A DNA stretch of 64,000 bases from Leidyana gryllorum EB-2025a (Eukaryota > Protista > Apicomplexa): positions 1-64,000 of the forward strand of contig JBLWGC010000002.1 in NCBI GenBank assembly GCA_048772705.1, read 5' to 3'. The translations under genes were made by a program, and so were the position numbers. The notes beneath the pieces are model-generated. The model was not told where the DNA came from, made no database searches, and saw only the letters and a program-made list of their open reading frames with translations. Below are positions 29,201 to 42,600 of the stretch, in pieces; the stretch's first letter is position 1; each line of letters opens with the position of its first letter.

Positions 29201-29890
29201 GAAAGGCAAAGGCGTTTCGGAAGGATCCATCCAACTCCCACCAGCCACTCACCCGCGGAAGGGATATATCCGAGGTGCGGGCACCAATTTGCTTTTGTTC
29301 AACAGCTGCTCATAGGGGGCCAACCGGTCCCTGTGGAAACGGGTGAAGCCTCGTTTGATCTTCTGCATCTGCAAACAGAGTCGATGGAGAAGGAAGTATC
29401 TTCTCTGCTCAAACAGCAAAACTTACCGATCCGAGTGACAAGTGGAAAGCCAGAGCCCTCCGACGGATTTGAGCCACCAGTTTCCCGCGGTCAGCGCACC
29501 ATATCAGTACCTCTTTGGCCGGCCACGGCCATTCGTCTTTCTGGCATGCAATGATTCTGGCAGTCTGGATCAACATGACGTACCGAAGGCGCACTGGTCG
29601 ATCGGATGACAAAGTAACAGTTCCCTCTCGAGTGGTCTATAATCTCCGCTATGGCGTCATAGGAGATCGTAGAGCCTTTGATGACATCGTTCCAACAGGG
29701 CGAAAAGAAATAGACACCTGTGTGGTAGACTTGGTGTGGTTGAAAAATCGAACGTGCTCTAACCTTGATATCCCAGGCCCACAACGGCGTGGAAAGGGTT
29801 CTTATCCTTTTGCACCACGACTGCACTGAAATAAAGGATAGTTTCCTGACACAAACTAGTTAGTAGTCGGCGAATAGCCACATCGGTCAT
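26300..29890 (-). CDS. large multi-exon unknown protein, helical/ARM-like C-terminal part
   Basis: Chain of minus-strand ORFs separated by short GT-AG introns; Leu-rich amphipathic helices. Ends uncertain, and it may be two genes. Confidence 0.5.
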
Positions 29891-29917
29891 CTATATCGGC
29901 CCCACACACCAAATCCC

Positions 29918-30942
29918 ATGCACTCCAAAGGCTTCCCAACAGCCGCCCACCGCGGTGGATCCGTTATTGACAACAATCGTAACTTTGGCCCTGGTGGCGG
30001 GAACAACCGGAGGAGGCAAAAGGAATTGACCGACGATCAGAAACAGGAGATTAAGGATGGTGAGATCTTTGGTGAGCGATCTGGAACTGTAAAATCTATT
30101 TGCAGCTTTCGACCTCTTCGATGAACAACGGAGCGGCCGCATCGACTTTCACGAGCTCAAAACCATCATGAAAGCTCTGGGATTCGACGTAACCAAACAA
30201 CAGGTCCTCGAAGCCATCAAACCATATGATGTCAATGGGTCCGGATTGATCAACTTTTCTGACTTTCAAACCTTGAGTAAGCCCCAGAAGGGCCCCTCAC
30301 CGCTACCAACCTTTCAAATGGACTCTTACTGTTACAGTGACGGAAAAGATTCTCTCTCGAGACCCCACCGAAGAATTGTCATTAGCATTCAAACTCTTCG
30401 ATGACGACAATACTGGTAAGTTTACGAAAGAGTGACTGCAACTCAGTGCGTTGCATTGCGGAAAGTCATTCGACGGACCGCACCCGGGGTGACAAGCCTG
30501 CACAATGCATGCTTCACCGCGACCGCCATATATCACGCGGTCGTCAAAGGTGCTGAAACCGCGGTAAAGCTAGCGGTTAGCGAATGCGCGCGCGTCCGCG
30601 GGTCTTATAGCTCCCACGCGGGTCGGCGATGAGTGTTTGTAACCGGCCGTCTCCATGAGTGTGTGTGTGTGTGTGTTAATAATTGCAGAAGCAAAGCTTG
30701 ACTACTGCGGCCATTGCGTTCTGCGTTTCTTAGGTACGATTACATTTAAGAATTTGAGGCGAGTGGCCAATGAGTTGGGTGAGAATTTAAGTGACGACGA
30801 ATTGAAAGCTATGATTGACGAGTTTGATCGAGATCAAGATGGCGCAAGTGAGCGATACGAGAGTTGTCTTGGGGGAAAACCTTGCTTTGCAGTTGATCCA
30901 CAGGATTTCGAGGCTATCATGCGTCAGATGCACCCATTCTGA
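29918..30942 (+). CDS. centrin (centrin-3/Cdc31-like), 5 exons
   Basis: [63 protein letters not shown]; introns at about 30060-30105, 30277-30337, 30416-30733, 30848-30892. Confidence 0.93.
30430..30652. ncRNA. candidate structured RNA in centrin intron 3
   Basis: Several hairpins and a long-range helix in a 318-nt intron, where the gene's other introns are ~45-60 nt; family not identified. Confidence 0.4.
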
Positions 30943-31067
30943 CTGTGAAAAAGCTCTCAGCTTTACCATCGCGTTGCAATATTGCATCTCATACCTTTGA
31001 TACAGCTCGAATACACACACCACTCACAAAAGAGATATACCTAGCACGGAAGTGAAGCGGAAGAAGG

Positions 31068-31487
31068 ATGTCTGGCAAAGGGAAGGCCAAAGATGCCTTG
31101 CAGGCTGCGCGTGCAGCGAGTTCCGGGAAAACGGCTCGGGCAGGACTCATTTTCCCCGTTGGGCGAATAGGAAGATGGATGAAGGAAGGATCCTATGCAG
31201 CTCGAGTGGGGACGGGGGCTCCGATTTTCTTGGCAGCGGTTTTAGAATACTTAACCACTGAGGTTTTAGAGATTGCCGGAGGCCATGCCAAGGAGAATAA
31301 CAAACGTCGGATTAACCCTCAACACATCCAGTATGCAGTTCGAGGGGACCAGGAGTTAGCCCAGTTGCTTTCAAATGTGACTATATCCGAAGGCGGTGTC
31401 TTGCCCGGATTAGCAGACTTACCCATGAAACCCAAGGCAGATACCGCTGGAGCAGCGGCGGCAGCCGCAGACGAGGAGGAAATCTGA
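31068..31487 (+). CDS. H2A: histone H2A, divergent variant
   Basis: [42 protein letters not shown]. Confidence 0.95.
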   Translation: MSGKGKAKDALQAARAASSGKTARAGLIFPVGRIGRWMKEGSYAARVGTGAPIFLAAVLEYLTTEVLEIAGGHAKENNKRRINPQHIQYAVRGDQELAQLLSNVTISEGGVLPGLADLPMKPKADTAGAAAAAADEEEI

Positions 31488-31510
31488 TCTTTTATCGTTA
31501 CCAACACTAC

Positions 31511-33258
31511 TCACAGACTACTATAGCTGGAAGGTGATAAGCCCCGCAAGCCACTTAGTGCCTCGTCGATCGCCGTGTAATTCATCGTTCCAGCACCGTC
31601 CAGGCTGGCAAACAGGCTCGTCGCTCGCTCCTGTGTTTCGCACACTGAACCCCATGTTGTGCCTCCACTCGCGGTGGCGTCGCAATCGGAACAGAACCAA
31701 TTCTCCCGAGTCATCGTCGTCCGGTCACCACTCATATCGTAACAGCAACAACACTTGGTAATGCCCTTATAGGTCAACGATCCCGGAGGTTGATAGTCGT
31801 AGATCTTGTAGAGGTACAGATAGCACAAAAGCCATGTCACAGTCTGTGCGCGGCCAAATACTCCTACAAACCACACAACACTTACTAGTAAAGTCCAGGC
31901 GGATAGACGGATAACCCATTCGCGAACTCCACATTTGCACTCCGGGTTGATGGTTTGTTGCAACCAACGCATCAAGGCGTTCTTTCGTACCTGTTTCTTC
32001 AGGGGGCGGTCCGTAGCTGATGCAAACCGCAATCTAAGAAGGGTGCGTGGCGAAAAGACTCACAGTTGAACGCAGCCGGAGTGGTAATGGTGCCAAAGCC
32101 GAAAAGCAGACCTCCGATCAAACCACCCAAGTGAGCCCAAGTGTCAGTGGCTTTGGACAAGCCAGTCGCGATGGATACAATCTGACAGTGAAAGCCATGT
32201 GCGACATTCAAGATGTAGGCAGCGCGTGTTGCAGCCGGAGACACACGTGTGTGCACAAGGTTTCCACTCTTACCAAGACGATAATGGAAAAGATCAGAAT
32301 ACAAAGAGGGCGTGGAATTGAATGCCAGAACTCTGCGAGGCGTCTCGATTCGACAAGAACATCCAGTTGAGGACACTAACCAATGCAATAGGGAACGACG
32401 CCCCCCATGAGGCCAAAGAGTCCGCCTGATGAGCCAACAGTGGTCTTACACGGATCTAGAACCACGGACATCAAGTTGCCTGCATATGCAGATTGAGGTT
32501 TCTGATTGACAGCATTCTCTGTTGGCAGGTACCTGTCATTCCTGAGACCCAGAACAAAAGAAGGGTTCTGATGGTGCCCCAGTCAGGTTCGAGCATGTAT
32601 AGGTACTGAAGTTGGCATAGCAGGTTCAGGGCAATGTGAATCCATCCGGAGTGCATCCACATAGACCAGTACAAACGAATCCATTGACCCGAGCGGATAG
32701 CATTTGCATTGAGACCACCCATATCGTACAAAGTCTGGGGTTCAGGACCGACGTTTGAATTCTCCTTTTGGCTCGCATAGAAGGAGCCGAGCTCAGTGAA
32801 ATTGTATACCAGTCTAATCCATTGATGCGGAAAGGCGGCTGTTTTGTGTCTGCTTACGATTGAATGAATACTAGGAGGAGTGCCGCGTTCACTCCGATCA
32901 TAACGATGAGTCGACCGCGGAGAGGGTTATTTTGGAGGGCAGGATCATCAACTTTGGCAGCTTTCTGACCAGTTCGCCACCTTCCCAGTTTCGGGGAATG
33001 GAAGGGGTTGGGAGGCGCACGACGTCCGACCTTGCCTCCAGCGCCAATTCTGCGCTTTGCGCTCTCCAGAGGTTTCCGGTCCAGATCGTCAATTGGGGTT
33101 TGACGCATCTCCTCTGCAGCTTCGAGCGCTTCTTTCTCGACGCCGGGGTCTTCGGCCAGGAAGTCGTAATACTCTTGCATCAGTTCATCTTCAGGCAGAA
33201 GGACCCGCGTGAGTCGCGCGGCAGCATTAGGATCATGTATGTCAAATGGGCCTTCCAT
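31511..33258 (-). CDS. rhomboid protease (apicomplexan ROM4/5-like), multi-exon
   Basis: WIRLYWSMWMHSGWIH, EPDWG, catalytic TVGSSG (~32430), AHLGG and Cys-rich C-terminus. Confidence 0.9.
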
Positions 33259-33368
33259 ATTTCCCTGTGAGCGAGCAGTCGGGGCCCGTTTTTAGATCAA
33301 ATGTAAGCAGTGATGGCTCAATGAAATGAGCCTTAAACCCTTTCTTTTTCTGGGGTCGGAATGGCCCC

Positions 33369-36300
33369 CTACTGGAACTCACTCTGCACTTGTCGTTTTT
33401 TGAACAGTAGCATCACAGTCTCGAGACTCGCTTGCCCCACACTCAACTCCACCAAATGGTAAACGTGCTACAGCTCAAATGTAAGCGAGTCACACTATCA
33501 GACTTACTCGACGAGCTTCAAACCAGCTGAACAATGAACTAATCGTGCCAGCACACGGGGCCGAAGAACTTATGTCGCTCTCCATCGATTTAGAGAACCG
33601 AACACCAACGTTGGTGGAAGGCTTGGGTAACGTCTCAGCTGTTACAGTGCTCATTACACTTCGACCACTCGTAGACCACTCCGGGCCTTCGCGAACGTCC
33701 AAACTCATCGATTCCTCTGAACCAACGACGACGGCCGGCTTCTCTGCTGAACAATGGCTCTCTCGTCGCAGACGACGAGCAGTTGGTGGTCGTCCCTTGT
33801 CCGCCGTAGTACCGGTTGGCGGCCCTCCCTCGAAGGAGACCGCTGACGAGGAGGGCACGTCCATAGAGGGTGAAGCGACGGTGGTCAACCCCGTGTCAGA
33901 GTCATCTGCCCCGGCAGAGGTGCTGCCCCCCAGGCCGCCGTGGGGTATGTATATCCGTGCCTGAGTCTCGAACATTTCGACGACCTCAGCTTCCGGGAAG
34001 TGCTGTTTCAGATCTCTCATCATCCGGTACACTATGATCTCAGCTCTATCCAATACGGTGGACCGGGAGACTCCGGTGAACTTGGCCGCCCACGGTGAGC
34101 TGGGAGCGGGTCTTGGCATAAAGACGGACGGTCCATTATCGACTGTGTTGGTGGTCTCCCGTGATGCGGCAATCAGTGACTTGGAGGAGAAGAATGTCCG
34201 CCGGGGGTCCGAGAAATGCCCCATGAGGCCGTTGTCCGATATACTCCGGCCCATGTTTAACGTGAGAGCAGGATTCCGCAATCGTTCCTGCGCCGTCAAC
34301 TCAGTCCGCAGCGTTTGTCCAGCCGAAACTTGATCAAAAGCGCAAACATTGACGGTCACCTCGTACGCATTCCCCAGAACTTGTTTCACGAATGAAACAT
34401 CACCAATGGATTTGATGCCACCGCTCTGCAGATACGAATGTGTGTGTGCGAAAGTGTGTGCGAACGTGTGTGTGAGCAAGGGTTTACCTCCAATATCGCC
34501 AGGCGATCACAGAGTGCCTCGCATTCGTCCGGATTGGGGGACGCGAGGAGCACTGCTCGTCCCAAGTTATGTCGGACCTTCGAGATAACGGACCAAATCC
34601 GTCGCCGGCTGAGGACGTCAACGCCGAGGGATGGGGAGTCGAGGAGTAGAATCTTAGGGCCCGTCATAATGGACAGAATGAAGCTCAATTTGCGTTTATC
34701 GCCCTGGCTGTACTTCTCGATGGGCATATTTTTGACATCTTTGAGCCCAACGAGTTGCAGTGCTTCTGGAATGATGGTCCTTCTGAGGAAGTGCCGATCG
34801 ATCATATTGATTCGTCCGAACATCTCCATGATCTCGCGGCCCGTCATCTTTGCTTCCAGGGAGGAGTCGACCTGAGAACAGTACCCCACCTTTCCCCATC
34901 GATAATGGGGATATACTGAGAGGTCGGTCTCCTCGATCCAGATTCGGCCTTGGGTTGGCAGAGCCTTGCCAGCCAACATGTTCATGATTGAGGACATCCC
35001 GGACCCATTTAGGCCGACAAAGCCCATAATGGAGTGTGTTGAGACTCGGAAAGAGGCTCGACTGACAATGGCTCGTTTAGGTTTCAGCCAGCAGCAGATC
35101 AGTCGAGGGCAATAGTAGATGCGTTGTTTCCTCCCGAGATCCCATTTGCTAAGATTCTCTGCAACCAGAACATTGTCATCGATCTGACCGTCTCCGTGAG
35201 CGTTTCTCCTCGACTCATCTCTCTGCAACTTGAGTTGTTTCCACTCTTTTCTGGTTGTGGGGTTCTTCCGCTGCATTTGTTTGATGGCCGTCTGGACTTT
35301 GTTGTTCTCTGTGAGGACGCCCATACTATCCCGACGCTTCACACGGGCCATTGTGGAGCTCTCCTGGCTGTGAAACTCGATGGAAGAGGTGTCGAGGGCG
35401 TCTCCGGCGGCATTCCGTCTCCTCCCCAGTTTGACGGGCGGCAGGCGCGGGAGTTTGATGCATCGCAATCGAACGATCCAACTCTTCATATACGGGTCGT
35501 GGTGCAGACTGTCGATGAAGACAACGATGATGAAATAGAGAACAATCTCAACCGCCATATACACTATGGGGATCAGAGAGTACTCTTTGGTGAACATCTT
35601 CGGACACTCTGTCGGCACCGAGTTGTCGTACAGAGGGCCACACTCGAACGCAATGCTGTAGCAGACTTGCGCAAACGCGGTGTGCGGGATGAGAAGCACC
35701 ACAAAAGTAGTCCACATCTCATAGGCTCGCGGGTTCACGGCGTGATACGCCCCAATCAGTCCCGGAATGACGACGGCTGCGCGAACAAGTCGACCTTTCA
35801 CCCTCCTGAAACCCCCCCAAGGCTCACCTCCAGTGATCATCACCGCCTGAATTGTCGTTCCAGATTGGAAGAAGAACGACAGAAAATAGGCGCCGCAGGC
35901 AGCAGCAAAGGCAAAGATTGTCAGAGTCAGAAGAAAGATAGGGAAAGTCTCGGGCCGCATCTGAAAGGAGGGACTTTCTTCACACACCCACACACACATT
36001 GAGGGTCAGTCAACTTACGTAGGGCTCAGGAACAACCCACAACTGAGCAATGCAGATGAGGAATCCCGATATCACAAAGACAGTCGCGTCCCACATTAGC
36101 TCTCCAAACCAATACAGTTTGAGTGGAATACCGGCCGCATGTTGGTGTAACTTGGACCCAGTGGCCCTCTCGTGAGTGACATAGTTTGCCCACACTGACG
36201 GTATCAGAGCGCATCCGATAATTATCCAACAGCTCAACATAACGCGATTCCAACTATCAACGGGACGGGCCCAATCGTTCCTCGTACTGTCTGGCTGAAT

Positions 36301-36736
36301 GAGACCTATGATCTGAAAGAGAGACACACGAACCCAATTCACCTGAGAGCCCGAACCCCTCCTCCGGGGCCAACTCGTCATCTGGCGGCCCAGAGAGGAA
36401 CGGCCCGTCCGTATAGGCGTTCCGAACCAGAGACGACGTTATCAGTACAAAGGTACACGGAGAGAAAAGCTGTCACATTGTTGAACGTCACATTGCTGAA
36501 CATCCAATCCCATCCCGCCTCACCTGAACCCATAACAGCCAGCCGTCCTTCCGCGTACAATGTAACCGCTTCCAAAAGATCGCCACCACATTCCTCACAA
36601 AGTTGTTCCAAGCCGTGCGAGCCAAACGCCATCGAGCTCGAGCCTCAGTAAACACTGTTGGATTGCCAATATATCCTCGTTCACGCTGCACATATCCATC
36701 TTGACTCCCTGCAGCCATAAAACAACAGTCCAACCA

Positions 36737-36769
<33 letters not shown>

Positions 36770-39543
36770 CAGCTGTCTCGGCGGTCCAGGCCAGACTGCT
36801 CCAGTGGGACGACTCGGTGGATCGGGCGCTGCAATCAATATCGGGGTTCCGCTGCGGCTCCGAAACTCGTCTGAACAGATGGGAAGGCAGTCGGGTAGCG
36901 GACTTTTTCAACTCCGAATCTTGTGTCACTCGACTGAAATAACTTGCCCAAGCCATATGGCTGTGCAGTTCGGCTTGACGAGCTTTTCGCTGTGCAGACG
37001 CCATAAAACACCTCTGCAGTCACACAATGACTCACTCGTTCGGCTTCCGCTGTGTTGTCCTCGCAGGCGCGCTCGAGCACCTCGGTGATGTCGGTGGTGC
37101 CAACACTGATATCCCGAATACCGAGACGAGCAGCCCCGTGCTCCAATTCGTACAGCAGTGGTTTCAGACCCACAGAATCAGAGAAAGGTACCTTCCACAC
37201 CAGTTCCACACCCAAGTCGTTCATGGACTGTGCATTCGGGCACCGTGCCAATATTGTCTCGGCTACCAGCTGTTGAGACTCCGTATTGTTGCCACTCTCA
37301 ATCATTCGCACCCGATACCCAGTTTCGAATCTGCATCCGTAACGAGGAGACATGATCGTCCGTTCGCACACACGCAAGCACACACACCTGGATTTGAGAA
37401 ACACTGGGCTTCCGTTTGCTTTCATCATCCCGTCCTCTAAGATTCCGAGTCGGTCCGCAATGTATGAAGCTTCAGTGGGATCGTGGCTGGTAATAATGAT
37501 GGAGCGGTGCCGTTTCATCTCCTGTAGCGCTTTCCAAACTGTGCGTTTGGACCAGGCGTCCAATCCCGTTGACAGGTCGTCTATCAATATGACTTGTGGA
37601 TTGCCGATAAAGGCGAGTCCTATTTGAACCCGCTTTTTCTCCCCTTCACTGAGTCGGAATGGGAGCCACGCCCTTTTGTCATAGATGTCTAACTGCAGAA
37701 GCAAAATGAGGCAATTAGGGCAGATCAGCCCAGCTCGGTGACTCACCATTTTGAGGACGACTTCGATGTCACAGGCAGCGATTCGTTTGGGAATCGACTT
37801 GAGAGCCGCCGCGAACATGAATTGCTCTTCGACAGTCATATTGTCGAGGAAGAAGATCGATTGGGGGGAGAATCCAACGCACTGCCGACTCAAAGTCACA
37901 GAGTGATGCACATCGAAACCATTCACAGACACATTGCCGCTCGTCGCATCCAGAAATCCCGAGAGGATAGACATCAGAATCGTCTTTCCACACCCATTGC
38001 GTCCCATCAAACAGAAAATCTCGTCAGGATACACCTTGAACGACACCCCTTTCAAGACGTGCTCGCCATCAGGCGGACGATGAACGCCAATATCCAATTT
38101 GGTGAAGAGCCACGATTTGAACCGACGCCAAACTCGCACTCTTCGGAAGATTTTGTGCACCTCTTCCACCACTACAAGCGGCTGCATACAGGTGTGAGGT
38201 CGATTGGTGTGGGAATCGGGAAAGCATACCTTGACCAACCCCTCCTTGTGGTTACGCTCAAAGAGATCACTCGCCATGTTGTAGGGATGAAATTGCTTTG
38301 GCGTTGCCCAGGGCTTCCGTCGTGGGGTCCATTCCCGTCCATATGCTGTCCAATATTTACGCTTGAACAGAAATGTCCATCGTTTTGGCACTCCAAACTG
38401 TCCGGGATATACTTGATAAAGATACCAACCGAGAGCCAAGTAGAGGATTACGTCCAACGCCAGCATAAGGAAGATCCCCGTCGGCGGGACGATACATGAC
38501 CGAGCACTGACCAGCAGACAGATAGCCTCCTCGCCCAGTCTTCAATCCACACACTTACCTAGCAGTCGAGACCCAATCATCAGGATCAGACGGAACGGTG
38601 ACCACACCCGTAGCTTGGAAACCGCCAACGAATTTGTCCAGTCCGCAGGCGAACGCCGACGGAGGTAACAGCATCATGAAATAACCTTTGGCTGGGGAAT
38701 GGACATCGCTTGAAGCCATGTTGACATATGGTACCATCATGAGCAAATAGGCGAAGGTGTAGAAGAACAGAGCCACCCTCGTAGATTGGAAGCAGGCTGT
38801 GATGAGGATCATCATTGAAACGGAGGCTAGGAAGAAGAACAGCAGGAGGAAGACTAAACCCCAGGGATTGATATCTTCCAATCGCCACCAGCACATTAAG
38901 GCAATTGGGACGGATTCAACCAGAGCATACAGCACTTGGGTTACATAATGCCCGCACCAATAGGCAAAGTCAGAAGCCCCATAGACTTGGATAAATTCCT
39001 GCGCACACGTGTGTGCTGCTCACAGCCATAGTAGCACCCACTCTGACTTTGTATTCTTTCTCTTCCATTATGGTTTGAACGAAACGCAAGTGCGGTAGTA
39101 TAAATATAGAAGTCCAGATGAGCGCCCAGGCACCATATTCATGCAGGGCCCCCTCGATATCGTCATTTCGTGATGATGACGGCCACCGACTCAGGTGGTC
39201 ATCATCGCCCCATACGTGGCTATGATTCTCAGCTTCGAGGAGAGTGAGCTGTGGATTCCAGCGCGAAACGCGACAGTAGCCTCGTAGGTCCATTTCGTGG
39301 CGTTGCAGGAATGTTGGCGCAGCACGAACTTGATCAGCTATTTCCTGGTACTATAGAATCGATTATCAGCAAGCGCCGTGAGATCATTGGGCTCACATTT
39401 AGGCTTTGGAGGTTGCGGATTGACAGAAGCATGAAGAGGGCGAGTAGGGGATAGACAATTTCAATCAAACTCGTGACAGGACTGCGGAAGCGCATGAGCC
39501 AATGCCTTGTGGCAATGGTCAGAGTTGATGAAAGTACGCCCAT
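33369..39543 (-). CDS. ABCA-family transporter, multi-exon
   Basis: Two TMD-NBD halves; GRNGCGKT, LSEGEKKR, GLNGSGMS, YSQGDKRK, C-terminal SVGQASLE. Confidence 0.9.
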
Positions 39544-39639
39544 CTTCTGCCTGCAGCTTCTTCAGAATAGGCTCTGAGGCTGCCACACCTCACCTAACAT
39601 AACACTTGGGGGTGAGTGGTCCTGTGTAAAAAATATCGG

Positions 39640-42600
39640 ATGGGGAGCTATGCCCTGCAGGATTTCCTCTGGGGTCTTGAACGCAATCAAGTCCTTCTCT
39701 ATCTGAATCCGCCGTCGTCTAACAGTACATTTCGGGCAGGACCATTAGGTGAGCATTGAGCATATTGCAGTTCGTCAGCTTTGATCCGCACAGACCCCGA
39801 TTCCCTTCCACTACTGCTCCTGGACTTTTACGGTGATGCCGAGGAGTCGAGCTCACATCGTATTGGTGTGGTCTCAAGCTGTCCTCTGGCAGCGTCACTG
39901 AGAGCCTTTGCCTTGAGCAAAAGACTGCGCGAGCAAACAGGCGATACAGTGAGTCCCATCGCGCGGTCAGTATCTGCGGCAAATCTCACAGGTTGGCTTC
40001 ATTCTGCCGGAAGAGTGTCAAGTGTCTGAGTCTCGAACGAAGATTGTATGTCTAACAGCGTCTATTCTGATATCTCGAATATTAGGCCAAACGGAATATG
40101 GAGACCCCGGATTGAGTGACTTTGACATTCTCTATTTCCCGGAGCCTTTCTGGGACAGCACAGAGGTCACTATTCTATACACTTTATTGCGGAAGCTTCT
40201 GCGTTACCGCGCGAAGCTCAAACTCGTTATCCACAGTCGCACTCCCAACGCTTTAGCTTTGGCCAATTTCTTCTCTCCCAACAATCTGATCGACCGAGAA
40301 GACAATATAATCCCTCAGGGCTTAGCCGTCGCGCGGGACAGCGCTCCAAAGACGCGTCCTCAGCCGAGCAGTCCTCTTCCCAATAAATCTGACGCCGACA
40401 AAAATCCGCCGCCTCAGCGGGAAAGCGACCCCCTCGATAGCTCCAGCGAAGAGGAGACGCCGCCAAAGAGAGCAAAGAAATCTGTCTCTGCCTCGGCGGA
40501 TTACGTTGAAGAGGATCCCGTGTTTGGAAAGATCGTTCACCGACAGAGAGTCCGCCACGTCCCACACGCCACCAACCAGGGAGACGCCGATCGCCCCCTC
40601 GAAGACCTGCTGCGATCCTCCTCGGACGATGACAGCGAGAGTAAAAGTGACCGCAAAAGGAGAGAACGGTTGAACCGAAAACGAAAGGGGGAGAAACAAC
40701 ACCGTCGCAGCCGAAGAAAGGAGAGTACTGCTGCCGCTGATTTGTTACGGAGCTCAGACTCATCCTCGGGAGAGGAGGAGCGCCGACTGCGACGGAAACG
40801 GTCGAAACGCGACACCGGACGGTCGGATGCCGAGGAAAGGTCTCGACGCCGACGCCGCCGTCACCGCGAAGAGCGCGAGCCTCACAGTCACCGGAAAAAG
40901 AGTCGTCGACGGCGTTCGGATCGATCGAGATCCGTGTCTCTGTCGTCGAGCGGCAGTGATCGAGACCGCTCTGGGTTTGTGTTACCCCGAGACGCCAAGT
41001 TGGAGCCTCCCAGGACGAGCGAACATCGCTTCTCTCACTCAGCACTCCACAGCGCTGTGTTGGAGAGACGTCATTCTCTGAGCCCAGAGACGGCAACGAA
41101 CAATGGGTTGCCGAAGGATTTGTTGCCCCCACCCGACACGTGGATGTCGCCGTTCGCCGTCCCCGCCAGCCTCAATGTGCCCGACAGAGGGGGCGTGGGT
41201 GTGTATGTTGGGCAGTCCAGTCACGATTACGACGGAGGGTCGCGAGACAGCGGTCCGTGTCTGGGCGCCAATCTCTTCTTTCAGGACGAAGCGAGTGAGA
41301 ATTATATTCAGGACGCTGTGGACACCGGTAAGATGAAAGGGAGACGGCGTCTCTGTGTCACAATCCTCCGCAGTGATACATTTACACGAGCGCGACTTGG
41401 CAGACGCCGTTGCAGACAAAGGTGTTGGAGTTCAGGGATTGGGCGCTGGCGGGTCTTTTCTGGTATTGTTGCCCACTGTGGGCGATGTGCAGGCGGCTCA
41501 CGCTGCCTTGACGCATTATGGGGGAGAGCTCGAGCAGAAACGTGACCGAGAGGGATCGGGAGGGGTGTGGAAGATGGTGCGGGATGTCGAGATACACTCT
41601 GTGTCGAGCGAATCTCCTTTGGGTCAACAGCTTCGGTTCTTCACGACGGGATGTCCCGAGGGTATCGGTCGTAACCGGAACGCCCATCCGGAGAGTCGAA
41701 ACGCTGCCCGTGTGATAGTGTGTGTGGAGACGAGTCTGGTGGACCAAGTTGGGTCTGTGTGGATACCCGGAGTCTCGGCCATCATCGACTGTGGATTCAC
41801 GCGTCAAACGACATTCCATCCCTATATGCCGCTGTCGGTGACATATCAAGTCGTCTCTGCCGCATCTCAGACCACATTGGTTCAACGGATAGTGAGCCTC
41901 GCCCCCCCAAAGCACAAACGCGGCAGCCGACGCGGCGACACACAATGGTCGTTCCCCGCGTATTATCTGTTGATGGAAGAGAAAGTGTTTGGGAAACTCC
42001 CCACCATCTCAACGAGTCCTCTGATGCGGGAAGTTCAGCCATTCATCGTCTTGGCTTTGTTTGCCGCCTGTGTGTTGAGCAATAGGTGAGCTGATCGGCT
42101 CGATTGAGCGGTCTCAATAATTCTCTCTCTCTCTCTTACGCCACAGACAGAAAGGAATGATGGAAATGCTGCAGAGTTTCCAGCTGCCGGCGTTGCCAAC
42201 GGTACCGCAGCTCGAGAGTGCACTGGAGTATCTGTGGATCTGCGGATGTATTGATGAAGAAGGGCACGCCATCCAGCCACAGGCGGGACGGTTTCTGCGG
42301 TGGTGTTTTGTGTTTGACGGAAATGTCCGTTTGGCTCATATGATGACGCTGAGTGCGCGAGATGAGTTTGGGTGTGTGTTGGAGATGGCGGCTGTGTGTG
42401 CGATGCTCACAAAGGCACCCCATCCGTTCCATAAGACCCAAAAACGGGGAGCTGTGGTTCCGAGTCAATCCGATACCCAATGGTTGAAGCTCTGTAAAAT
42501 GAGCTTTGCTGTCAAAGAAGGCGACTGCGTCGGACTGATGAATGTATTGCAGCAAGCGGACTATCACAAGGCCGATGGCGGATGGTTCTCGAGGCATTTG

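Noticed and set aside
30480-30585. TPP riboswitch or SRP RNA in the centrin intron
   Set aside because: Lacks the CUGAGA and CCUGAU motifs of TPP and the CAGG/AGCAG helix-8 motif of SRP
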